Source: an uncultured delta proteobacterium
GTDB lineage: Bacteria; Desulfobacterota; WTBG01; CAIYCZ01
Length of the DNA: 64,000 nucleotides
Reading direction: 5' to 3'
NCBI GenBank assembly: GCA_963803975.1
Contig: CAWDOY010000003.1
Coordinates: 128,001-192,000, forward strand
The notes under the pieces: model-generated
The model's database searches: none
The model's input: the letters and a program-made list of their open reading frames with translations, nothing else
What the model was told of the DNA's origin: nothing
Translations under genes and position numbers: made by a program
In this document: piece after piece, positions 52,903 to 62,275 of the stretch
Layout of the letters: every line of letters begins with the position of its first letter
Numbering within the stretch: position 1 is the first letter of the stretch

Positions 52903-54831
52903 TCACTGTAACTTCTGCAGATTTATCTGCAGTTCCTGACGGCAAACCGTCCTGATAACATCTATAAGCTGATCGACGTGCATGAACTTCAGGTCTTCCC
53001 CGCTGCGTTGTCTGGGAGAAATACCTCTGTTTTCAACCTCACGATCCCCTATAACGAGCATGTAGGGTGTTTTCTGCAGCTGAGCTTCACGAATTTTCAA
53101 GCGCAGGCTCTCATTGCGCAGGTCAATCTCCGCTCGTATATCATTGTCCATGAGCTGTTTAAAAACTTCTTCACCATAGGGGAAATGACGGTCTGCGATG
53201 GGCAGTACAATTGTCTGCACGGGTGATAGCCAAGTCGGAAATGCCCCTGCATAATGTTCTATAAGAACTCCGAGAAAACGCTCTATTGAACCGAGAATTA
53301 CCCGGTGCAGCATTACCGGACGGTGTTTTGCCCCGTCTTCCCCTATGTAAGAAAGGTCGAACCGATCCGGCAGGGCAAAGTCACACTGGATAGTGGCACA
53401 CTGCCATGAACGTCCCAGACAGTCTTTGAGCTTAACGTCAATCTTGGGCCCGTAAAATGCGCCGTCTCCCTCATTTATGTCGTATGGAATATGATATTTA
53501 TCCAGTACGGTGCGCAGGGCAGCAGTAGCACGCTCCCAGTCTTCATCAGTGCCGATAGATTTTTCCGGGCGGGTGCTCAGTTCCATTTCATACGTAAACT
53601 GAAAAATACCCATAACATCACGCACAAAATCAATGATGCGTGCAATTTCCTGATCGAGCTGAGCGGGAGTGCACAGAATATGGGCATCGTCCTGGGTGAA
53701 CTCCCGCACGCGGGTAAGGCCGTGAAGTACTCCTGATTTTTCGTGCCGGTTTACAGTACCAAGCTCAAAGTAACGGACCGGTAAATCACGATAACTGTGG
53801 AGCTTGGATTTATAAATGAGCATATGGGCAACACAGTTCATGGGCTTCAACCCGTACTTTTGTCCGTCCACTTCAGTAAAATACATAAACTGCCGGTAGT
53901 TATCGAGATGGCCGGATTTTTGCCAAAGATCCTGGCGGAGTATTTGCGGGCCCTTTACCATCTGGTAACCTCTTTTAAGGTGCTCCCTTACCTCAAAATC
54001 CTCCAGTATCCTGCGCAGCAGTGCTCCTTTGGGATGATAAACTATTAGTCCCGCACCAGCTTCATCATATATATTAAACAGGTCGAGTTCTCTGCCGAGC
54101 TTTCTGTGGTCGCGGGCTTTGGCCTCTTCGACAAGCTTAATATGGCGCTGCAGCTCTTCTCCGGAAGGAAACGCCGTGCCGTAAATCCGCTGCAGCATTT
54201 TATTGCGTTCATCACCACGCCAGTAAGCACCGGCAATGCTCAGGAGCTTGAATGCCCTGATTTTCCCGGTTGATGGCAGGTGAGGCCCGCGGCATAAATC
54301 AATAAAATCTCCCTGCTGATACAGGGAAACTGTTGGAGACGGTATTTCCTTGATGATTTCCACCTTGTAGTCTTCTTTTCTCTCGGCAAAAAGCTTGATA
54401 GCATCTTCCCTGCTTGTTTCAACACGGGTAAAAAGATTATTCCGGTCAATGATATCCTGCATCTTTATTTCTATTTTATCCAGATCCTCGGGAGAAAAGG
54501 TATTGTCATAATCAAAGTCATAGTAGAATCCGTTCTCTATTGACGGCCCTATTGTTACCTTGATATTGGGATACAATGCTTTTACTGCCTGAGCCATGAC
54601 ATGGGAAGTGCTGTGGCGAAGAATTTCCCTGCCTTCATCAGATGAGATGTCAATGAAAGAGAGTTCAGCGTCCTGTACCAGCGGAGTGCTCAAGTCAACG
54701 GGGTGACCGTCAAGATTTGCAGCGATAGCATCGGGATTAATCTGCAGATCACTGAGCAGTGCTGCAATCAGCTTCCCTTTTTCAACGGTGTGGCTCACGC
54801 CCCCGGGCAGTTTTATTTTAATTGTTTCCAT
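52903..54831 (-). CDS. thrS: Threonine-tRNA ligase
   Basis: [28 protein letters not shown] and [11 protein letters not shown] at 54831 preferred. Confidence 0.98.
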   Translation of the reverse strand: METIKIKLPGGVSHTVEKGKLIAALLSDLQINPDAIAANLDGHPVDLSTPLVQDAELSFIDISSDEGREILRHSTSHVMAQAVKALYPNIKVTIGPSIENGFYYDFDYDNTFSPEDLDKIEIKMQDIIDRNNLFTRVETSREDAIKLFAERKEDYKVEIIKEIPSPTVSLYQQGDFIDLCRGPHLPSTGKIRAFKLLSIAGAYWRGDERNKMLQRIYGTAFPSGEELQRHIKLVEEAKARDHRKLGRELDLFNIYDEAGAGLIVYHPKGALLRRILEDFEVREHLKRGYQMVKGPQILRQDLWQKSGHLDNYRQFMYFTEVDGQKYGLKPMNCVAHMLIYKSKLHSYRDLPVRYFELGTVNRHEKSGVLHGLTRVREFTQDDAHILCTPAQLDQEIARIIDFVRDVMGIFQFTYEMELSTRPEKSIGTDEDWERATAALRTVLDKYHIPYDINEGDGAFYGPKIDVKLKDCLGRSWQCATIQCDFALPDRFDLSYIGEDGAKHRPVMLHRVILGSIERFLGVLIEHYAGAFPTWLSPVQTIVLPIADRHFPYGEEVFKQLMDNDIRAEIDLRNESLRLKIREAQLQKTPYMLVIGDREVENRGISPRQRSGEDLKFMHVDQLIDVIRTVCRQELQINLQKLQ

Positions 54832-54930
54832 GCGGTTGATTATGTAAAGAAAATGGCACCACAACTGTCTTTTATGATGCCATTGCGATATTAACGTTTA
54901 CCTGGATGTTGTCAGGATTTTGAAATGAAA

Positions 54931-55005
54931 TGGTAGGCGCGGGCGGTTTCGAACCGCCGACTTCTACCGTGTCAAGGTAGCGATCTCCCGCTGATCTACG
55001 CGCCT
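54931..55005 (-). tRNA. tRNA-Val(GAC)
   Basis: AGGCGCGTAGATCAGCGGGAGATCGCTACCTT-GAC-ACGGTAGAAGTCGGCGGTTCGAAACCGCCCGCGCCTACCA; cloverleaf with encoded CCA. Confidence 0.96.
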
Positions 55006-55329
55006 GAAATTCTTAACTTATTTTCATGTTATTGTTAACAGCCTCAAAAAAATTTGTCAAGAAAATTATTTAGTTAGAGTTATTATTGCAAATATAGTAT
55101 AAGAAAAAAAGATTAAGCAGAATAAATTTCAAGCTTGTTAATTAAATTGATAAAATAAAATTAGCATATTACTTTAATGTAATCAATGGACTAATAATGT
55201 TATATGTAACAAATAAAGGAATAATAAAAGTAGTAGTAATGAATTTTATTCTGCTATTAACAGTTTAAACTTTAAGAGATGGTGATTGCTTCTTGTTAGA
55301 ACTCTTATTCAGTCTCAAGCAGGTGGTAA

Positions 55330-56022
55330 TTAAATACACCCTTCTTCCCTGAAGCTGAAATAACCTTGTTTTCCTATAATGAGATGGTCATGTACCTTGA
55401 TGCCGATATTTTCAGAGATCTGCTTAAGCAGATCGGTTAAATTCTTATCATGAACGGATGGCTCAGGACTGCCACTGGGGTGGTTGTGAACAAAAATTAA
55501 TGCGCTTGCCCTGTGCTTAAGAGCATGCTCAATTATTTTGCGGGGATAGACAGCCGACTGATCAACAGTTCCCTCCTGAAGAGGTTCATCGGCTATAATT
55601 TCATTTTTTGTGTTCAAATAGATTACCCTGAATTGTTCATCTCCAAGTCCAGCCATAGCGGATTTGCAATAATTAAGCAGCGCTTCTGGTGATGAAATTA
55701 TATCTTTATGGTATATTTTCCCTCTGAGATAGAAATCACTGCACTCTTTAACCAGTTTCATGAGAAGGGCAGAATGCTCCCCGATGCCCGCGACTGTTTT
55801 TAATTCATTGAGTGGTGCATCAAGGACACCCTGAAAAGTCTGAAAGCGGGAAATGAGCTGCTTAGCCAAAACCTTTACATCTTTTTGTGCAATGGCAAAC
55901 GTGAGCAATAGTTCAAGCACTTCATAATCATGGAATGACGCAAGACCGGTCTTTAAAAAGCGCTCTTTGATTCTTTTTCGATGACCAAGATAGTGTTGAT
56001 GTTCACTTTTTTGTGATTGCAT
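55330..56022 (-). CDS. radC: RadC/JAB-domain protein
   Basis: GHRKRIKERF, YEVLELLL, VYPR, HNHPSG and DHLII. Confidence 0.93.
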   Translation of the reverse strand: MQSQKSEHQHYLGHRKRIKERFLKTGLASFHDYEVLELLLTFAIAQKDVKVLAKQLISRFQTFQGVLDAPLNELKTVAGIGEHSALLMKLVKECSDFYLRGKIYHKDIISSPEALLNYCKSAMAGLGDEQFRVIYLNTKNEIIADEPLQEGTVDQSAVYPRKIIEHALKHRASALIFVHNHPSGSPEPSVHDKNLTDLLKQISENIGIKVHDHLIIGKQGYFSFREEGCI

Positions 56023-56279
56023 GCTATAAAACCCCCTGCGGTAATGCATTGTTGGATCGCTACACTGGCATAGCAAATATATTTCAGCATATGAGAAATT
56101 ATTCAAGAAAATTATTTAGCACTGTGGCTGTGCACGGTTTAAACGGGTGAACAGTAGGGAGGCATTAACACGCACCTGCCGCGCGGCAGGGACTGGGCTC
56201 GTTTGATCTGCAGAAGATAAAGTTTATAAATGATGGCTACGAGAGTAGTGCAGGGACAATATAGAAAGGGCACGGGGAT

Positions 56280-56687
56280 ATGAAACAGATACTGCTTTTT
56301 CATCCTGCCGGGCAAATTATTGCATGTATCTGCGGTCTTTTTAACATATTTACGGGTATAACGAAAAGATGTTTTGTTTTGAGCCTTCACATAAACTGCG
56401 GTCTGTTATATTATTTCATGTCAGCACTTGGCTTTATTATGGGCATTTCTGTGTACTCATGGGCAGTGGAGAAGGGTATCAAGTTATCTATGCAATCCCA
56501 TCTGTTGAGTGGTGTCTGTATCATTATGTTATCCATTGCCGGGGCAGCCAGTGGCTTTATGTTGCGAAATCAAATGCCGGTTAAACAGCAGCTGCGCTCT
56601 CTTCATAAATGGGTAAACATAGTGAGCATGGTGCTCTTTGTTGTTCAGAGTATGACCGGAATCCTGGCGTTGATACCTGTTATGTGA
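56280..56687 (+). CDS. Four-helix membrane protein with histidines in its helices (DUF4079/cytochrome b561-like)
   Basis: Four hydrophobic segments; HP, LH, SH and LHKW. Confidence 0.55.
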   Translation: MKQILLFHPAGQIIACICGLFNIFTGITKRCFVLSLHINCGLLYYFMSALGFIMGISVYSWAVEKGIKLSMQSHLLSGVCIIMLSIAGAASGFMLRNQMPVKQQLRSLHKWVNIVSMVLFVVQSMTGILALIPVM

Positions 56688-56780
56688 TTTGTTAACAGGA
56701 TAATGCTGAACAAGTACTATTATTAGAATATGTTTCAATAAATAATATAATTCATAGGTAAACAAGGAGGAAAAGACAGG

Positions 56781-57344
56781 ATGATTGATACATCAGATAT
56801 CAGAAAAAATTTAAAAGTTGAAATCGATGGATACCCGTGGATAGTTGTTGACTTTCAATTTGTCAAGCCCGGGAAAGGGCAGGCATTTACCCGCACCAAA
56901 TTTAAAAATCTGATTACCGGTAATGTGATTGAACGGACCTACAAATCAGGGGAAAAGCTGGAAGAGGCGGCAATTGAGGAACATGAAATGGCATTTCTAT
57001 ATTCGCAGAGCAATAACTATCATTTCATGAATAATCAGACCTATGATCAAGTGGAAATGTCAGAAGACCAGGTAGGGGAAGCAAAATCGTTTTTGACTGA
57101 AAATATGGTTGTGGAGGTCATGTACTTCAAAGGCAGGCCCATAGGCATTGAACTTCCAAATTTTGTTGAACTGCAGATCGTGCATACCGAACCAGCCGTC
57201 AAGGGAGATACCGTAAGTGGTGCGACAAAGATCGCAGAAGTATCAACCGGCTATAAGATGCAGGTTCCGGTATTCCTGAGCAATGAAGAGTGGATTGTTA
57301 TAGATACCCGGACCGGGGCATATGTTGAGCGGGTTAAACGATGA
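56781..57344 (+). CDS. efp: Elongation factor P
   Basis: VKPGKGQAF, VKGDT and DTRTG.YVER. Confidence 0.97.
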   Translation: MIDTSDIRKNLKVEIDGYPWIVVDFQFVKPGKGQAFTRTKFKNLITGNVIERTYKSGEKLEEAAIEEHEMAFLYSQSNNYHFMNNQTYDQVEMSEDQVGEAKSFLTENMVVEVMYFKGRPIGIELPNFVELQIVHTEPAVKGDTVSGATKIAEVSTGYKMQVPVFLSNEEWIVIDTRTGAYVERVKR

Positions 57345-58267
57345 CCGGAGGAACGGCAGAGCATTCCTTTCCAGAGAACTTTTTGAAAACCTTAACAGCC
57401 CGGCATCAGATAATAAGGGCGATAAGAAATTTTTTTGATTCCGCACACTACCTTGAAGTCGAAACACCCATAAGGGTACATTCTCCGGGAATTGACCCCT
57501 ACATTGATGCCATCCATGCCGGAACTGGCTATTTCTTATCACCTTCTCCAGAGTTGCAGATGAAACGGCTTCTGACCTTAAGAATACCGTGCATCTACCA
57601 GATAACACATGCCTTTCGCAACAATGAGCGGGGATCTCAGCACAACCCGGAATTTACCATTCTTGAGTGGTATCGGTGCAATACGGATTATGTCAATATC
57701 ATGGAAGAGACAGAACAGCTTATTTACTCTCTTGTTCATGACGCTGCAATCCGGCACACATCGCAGCCATCGTATACATTTCCTTTTCTGCGTATTAGTG
57801 TGGATGCATTATTTAAGAGCAGAGCAGGGTGGGAGCCATCCTGCCAGTGGGACGAAGACAGGTTTTTCCTTGACTGGGTAGATAAAATTGAGCCGTATCT
57901 CAACTCGTTAGCTGGAGTTTTTGTTGTTGACTTTCCCGCCCCGCTTGCGTCACTTGCAAAGTTGAAAAATGACAACCCCTTACTCTGCGAACGCTTTGAA
58001 TTGTTTATGGGGGGATTGGAGATTGCTAACGCCTTTTCCGAACTTACTGACTCAATAGAACAGACACGGCGTTTTGAAAATGCCCGGAAAAAAAGAAAAG
58101 TCATGGGCAAGGAAAGCTATAAAATTGACGAAAGATTCATCTCTGCCTTACAGCTCGGCATACCGGAATGTGCTGGAATTGCACTGGGTATAGATCGGCT
58201 TGTTATGGCAATTCTTGGCTCTCGCGATATCAGTATGGTGCAAACTTTCCCTGATGACCGTCTGTAG
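57341..58267 (+). CDS. epmA: EF-P lysine aminoacylase EpmA/GenX
   Basis: EVETP, SPELQMKRLL, FRN.E...HNPEFT.LEWY, ERFELF and GIALGIDRL; coupled to efp. Confidence 0.93.
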   Translation: MTGGTAEHSFPENFLKTLTARHQIIRAIRNFFDSAHYLEVETPIRVHSPGIDPYIDAIHAGTGYFLSPSPELQMKRLLTLRIPCIYQITHAFRNNERGSQHNPEFTILEWYRCNTDYVNIMEETEQLIYSLVHDAAIRHTSQPSYTFPFLRISVDALFKSRAGWEPSCQWDEDRFFLDWVDKIEPYLNSLAGVFVVDFPAPLASLAKLKNDNPLLCERFELFMGGLEIANAFSELTDSIEQTRRFENARKKRKVMGKESYKIDERFISALQLGIPECAGIALGIDRLVMAILGSRDISMVQTFPDDRL

Positions 58268-58284
58268 GTCTGATAATAAACAGC

Positions 58285-59163
58285 ATGAAACAAACCATTG
58301 AGTATATTAAAACTATTGCGGAAAAAACTGACACCTTTGTGCAGTTTCAGAAAAGTATCCTGACGTCGGAACAGGTAGACATCTTAAAGAAAATACCACG
58401 TCTTGCCATGGGAGAAATACGCGGGGTTGAAAGCATGGTTGCAGTGTATGATGCTCTAGACAGAAAAACAGTAGATGCATTTTTACCTACTGTTGTCTAC
58501 ACCGGAACAGAATATGGAGAATGGAAGACATTACTTAAACACCTCAACACATTAAAAAAGAAGATAGAAAAAACACATCAGATATACTGTCTCGAACCTG
58601 TACTGATTGGTGCGCCTGAGTTTTGGGGGGCTTTAAATGGCCGTTTTATGCATGAACTGCTTAATCGTTTTAAATTTTACAGCCCTTGCCTTGGATGCCG
58701 TATCTACTGTTATGCAGTGCGAATTCCTTTATGCAAACAGCTCAATTGCAGTGTGATAATATCCGGTAGAACTCCAGGGAATGCAACACCTGTTGCCATT
58801 AACGCATCACAGGAAGTTATGTATTATTGCAACACACTGCTTTCAAATTTTGGTATTAACCTGATGTATAGAATCGTGGAAGAAAATAAACAGGATATTA
58901 TTGAACAAGACGCACAGGTGAAACCAATCGGTAGAAGAGATACCTGTGCTTGCTGCTTATTTAAAGAAAATTATAAGATGATGCGCAATGATCCCAAGGA
59001 ACCGCATGACAACAAAAAATATTTTGAGCAATTTGCAATACCTGCTGCTGCTAAAATTGTCAGCCGTGTTCTGGCTGGTAAAATGCCAGATTACCTGCAT
59101 GAGGTAATGAACACGCTGCTACCCGGGGAAAATATAAAATCTAAAAAGCTACATAACAGGTGA
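58285..59163 (+). CDS. Hypothetical protein, possibly a degenerate adenine-nucleotide alpha hydrolase-like fold
   Basis: YTGTEYG, FWGALNGRF, YSPCLGC and IISG; no canonical PP-loop. Confidence 0.55.
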   Translation: MKQTIEYIKTIAEKTDTFVQFQKSILTSEQVDILKKIPRLAMGEIRGVESMVAVYDALDRKTVDAFLPTVVYTGTEYGEWKTLLKHLNTLKKKIEKTHQIYCLEPVLIGAPEFWGALNGRFMHELLNRFKFYSPCLGCRIYCYAVRIPLCKQLNCSVIISGRTPGNATPVAINASQEVMYYCNTLLSNFGINLMYRIVEENKQDIIEQDAQVKPIGRRDTCACCLFKENYKMMRNDPKEPHDNKKYFEQFAIPAAAKIVSRVLAGKMPDYLHEVMNTLLPGENIKSKKLHNR

Positions 59164-59259
59164 ACAGAAAAATCGTTTCAACTCCTTATTCTTTTTTGAC
59201 GATTTATAAGCATAATTTTAATGATGGGTATCGATGATAGCGATAGAGGATTGTAAATC

Positions 59260-59535
59260 ATGGATGAGTTAAATAAAAAACCAAAAAAACGAGAGGATTT
59301 GGCAATTCATGAGCTTGGCGATGAAGTAATGTTATATGATGCAGCAAATGAAAAGATTCATGTATTAAATCACACAGCATCTTTAATATGGAATTTTTGC
59401 GATGGGCAACATTCCATAAAAGACATAAAAGAAGAAATGAATAAATATTTTCCAATAATTGAAGATAAACATTTATTGCAAGATATCATGAAAACAATAG
59501 AAGAATTAAATAAAAATATTTTATTGATAATATAG
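59260..59535 (+). CDS. PqqD family protein (RiPP recognition element)
   Basis: ELGDEVMLYD....IHVLNHTASLIWNFCDG. Confidence 0.88.
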   Translation: MDELNKKPKKREDLAIHELGDEVMLYDAANEKIHVLNHTASLIWNFCDGQHSIKDIKEEMNKYFPIIEDKHLLQDIMKTIEELNKNILLII

Positions 59536-59699
59536 TAATAATGTCTTTAATATTAGAAAAATACAGACAGGAAGAAATTTAAAATAACTACGGAAAGGTC
59601 TTAACGGCAGAGTAAATCGATAAACCAATTGCAAAAAGCCTGATTTGGGGTTATACACTAATAGCGTGTGTAACCCTAATTTTTTTATGTTTTGATCTC

Positions 59700-61106
59700 A
59701 TGTCGCATAATACTCTACTAACCGATACCCCGCAGCTGCCAGAAGGCTCTTTTCATAAAGAGATAGAATCATTCCATATAATAACTCATCCTTCAAGACC
59801 ATCGTGGGCTGTCATAAATAAATTTGGCTGGGAAATCCTGCAACAGTGTAATGGAAGAAATTCGATAAACGATATTATTAATACCATAAAATACCAGTAT
59901 GATATTTCCGATAGTATTCTTAGAGATGATATCGCGACCTTTATACAATCTGTCACCAAATCCGGCATCATGTCGAATGACGAATTGCCGGTTCAAGCAA
60001 ACGCAGCGGCAATTAAAAGCGCCTTTCTTCATTTGACTGATACCTGTAATCTTCATTGTAAGCACTGCTATGCACATAACATGTCCGAAGGGAATCCGGA
60101 ACTTACCGACAAGGAACTCACCTCTTTGGTAGAAAACTTTTACGAAGCCGGGGGCAAAGCTTTAGTTATAAGCGGTGGCGAACCGTTACTACGGAAGAAT
60201 TTTAAAAACATTTTTGAAATTAACCCTGAAGCGCACTTCATTCTTTTAACAAATGCTACCCTCATTGATGAAAACTATGCGTCATTCCTCGCCCGGTTCA
60301 ATGTTTCAATACAGGTAAGTATCGATGGCGCAACCGCCGGTGTGCATGATAGCATTCGTGGAGATGGAGCATTTCAGGCCGCAATGAAGGGGATTGAGCA
60401 TCTGCAACGATGCGGATTACAGAAAAAAATAAATTTATGCACTACGGTCATGAAACAGAACATCAACGATCTGCCGAATATTTTTGCTCTTGCCAGCAGT
60501 CTCGGAATACCGTTTGTCAGGTTCCTTCCTCTCCGACGGAAGGGCAACGCACGTACTAACTGGCAGGATATCCAGGGTGAGGTTTCTGCAAAGGATTATG
60601 AGCAATTTTATACCTATGTATTTAAAACTGCTATGCGTCAGTATCCAGAACTTGATATACGATGCGGCTTAAGCGGATTCATAGTGGACCCTAAGAAGCT
60701 TATGGATGATGGTCATTGGTGCCCGATTGGAAAAAACATAATAATCGACACCAGAGGGAATGTATATCCCTGTTCTCTGCTTATCAACGATAGATTTAAA
60801 ATCGGCAATATAAAAGAAAATACTTTCAACGATATACTAAAACACCCCACTCTTCTGGAGTTAATGGCTGCACGAAACAAAAGAAAAGATACAATTGAGA
60901 AATGCAAAATATGCATGTGGAAAAATTTCTGTCAAAGCAGTTGCCTGGGCTCCATCTTCGAGCAACAGGGTACCATCTGGGATACCGACGAGTTTTGCGA
61001 TTTCAGAATCAGGTTATATGAGCAGAGTGTTATTAAACTTGCCCACAATAGATCATCAGCCACGCCCCCTATGCCTATCGGAGATACCACCGAAGAATGC
61101 TTCTAA
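59700..61106 (+). CDS. Radical SAM/SPASM protein with an N-terminal PqqD-like domain
   Basis: INKFGWEILQQCNG (RRE-like), CNLHCKHC, SGGEP, SIDG; SPASM C.IG...GNVYPC...CKICMWKNFCQSSC...C. Confidence 0.92.
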   Translation: MSHNTLLTDTPQLPEGSFHKEIESFHIITHPSRPSWAVINKFGWEILQQCNGRNSINDIINTIKYQYDISDSILRDDIATFIQSVTKSGIMSNDELPVQANAAAIKSAFLHLTDTCNLHCKHCYAHNMSEGNPELTDKELTSLVENFYEAGGKALVISGGEPLLRKNFKNIFEINPEAHFILLTNATLIDENYASFLARFNVSIQVSIDGATAGVHDSIRGDGAFQAAMKGIEHLQRCGLQKKINLCTTVMKQNINDLPNIFALASSLGIPFVRFLPLRRKGNARTNWQDIQGEVSAKDYEQFYTYVFKTAMRQYPELDIRCGLSGFIVDPKKLMDDGHWCPIGKNIIIDTRGNVYPCSLLINDRFKIGNIKENTFNDILKHPTLLELMAARNKRKDTIEKCKICMWKNFCQSSCLGSIFEQQGTIWDTDEFCDFRIRLYEQSVIKLAHNRSSATPPMPIGDTTEECF

Positions 61107-62267
61107 CCTTGAATGATAAACAACTATCAGCCATTAAACGGTCTGCAGTTCACAGCGCACACTTCCGGTTTCTGAATGTAAGCCTCACCTTCTCCTCAGA
61201 TTCGAACGAGGCCGTTGATATTTTTTCAGCCATGTATCAAAATTTTATGGCGTCTGCGCAACCAGTTCCTGACATTTTGTGTTATATAATAAAGGAGACA
61301 GACACGGGAAGCAAAGCCGGCTGCAGTTGTTAATGGCAAGGCCTATGAACTATTTGAAGACGAGCTTTTCATAAGCCATGCACATATGATTGTTTTTCAG
61401 CATGTTCTGGACACTATTGACGACCACCTGCTTATACATGCAGGAGTTGTCGCAAAAGAAGGCAGGGGGATTATCATTTCGGGTCCGTCAACATATGGAA
61501 AAACAACAATGATGCTTGAACTGGTATCACGGGGATTTGAATTTTATTCAGACGAATTCTGCGCGGTGAATCTCAGTGACTTTACCATTACGGCTTTCCC
61601 TCGCAGCATCGGTCTCAGGGAAAGCAACCCTTTTCTCAGCCGCATAGACAAAAGTAAATGCTTATTGCTGAAGAATATAGGAAGGGGTAAAAAATATCTG
61701 GTTAATTGTGATAACATATTCCCGAATTCCAGAGGATCAATCTGTAAAGCACACTATCTTATATTGTTAAAAAACAGGCAGACCACTGAAAAAATGAACA
61801 ATAAAACTACGATTGATCTTGCCCTCTATAATGATAACCAGACTCTTGCTGATGAAATTTGCAGCCATGATGGCATCGACCATATAGGTACGTATATGGA
61901 GAGCGACTATGTGGTATACCGCTTCTCAATACCTTTACAGACCGGTCTGACTAAAGCATTCAGAGACATCTGCAACCGTTATACAGATCAAATATTTTAT
62001 CAGGAGCGGGTGACACAGGAAGATCCTGATTTTATCTCCGAGCCATTTCTTAAACCTATAGCAAAATCCGCCGCTTCCCTTGAGATACTTAAAAATCTCA
62101 GAAACCGCTCGATACACAGCAAACTGCTTAATAAATTTAACCATAAAAGCTCTCAACTCCTGCTTACCATAGGTGATTTTCTCAACGGAGTGGAGTGTTA
62201 CGAAATGACTACCGGGCCATTAAATAAAATGGCTGCCATGATCGAATCACTGTATCAGAAAGGATAG
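61097..62267 (+). CDS. HprK-related P-loop kinase-like protein (frameshift near 61320)
   Basis: LLIHAGVV, SGPSTYGKTT, FYSDE and FPR. Confidence 0.7.
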
Positions 62268-62275
62268 GATATAAA

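Noticed and set aside
54931..56022. Island integrated at tRNA-Val with radC as cargo
   Set aside because: No integrase or duplicated tRNA 3' end was seen, and radC is the full-length chromosomal type
59700..61106. EpmB lysine 2,3-aminomutase for EF-P
   Set aside because: It has RRE and SPASM domains and lacks KamA-type features
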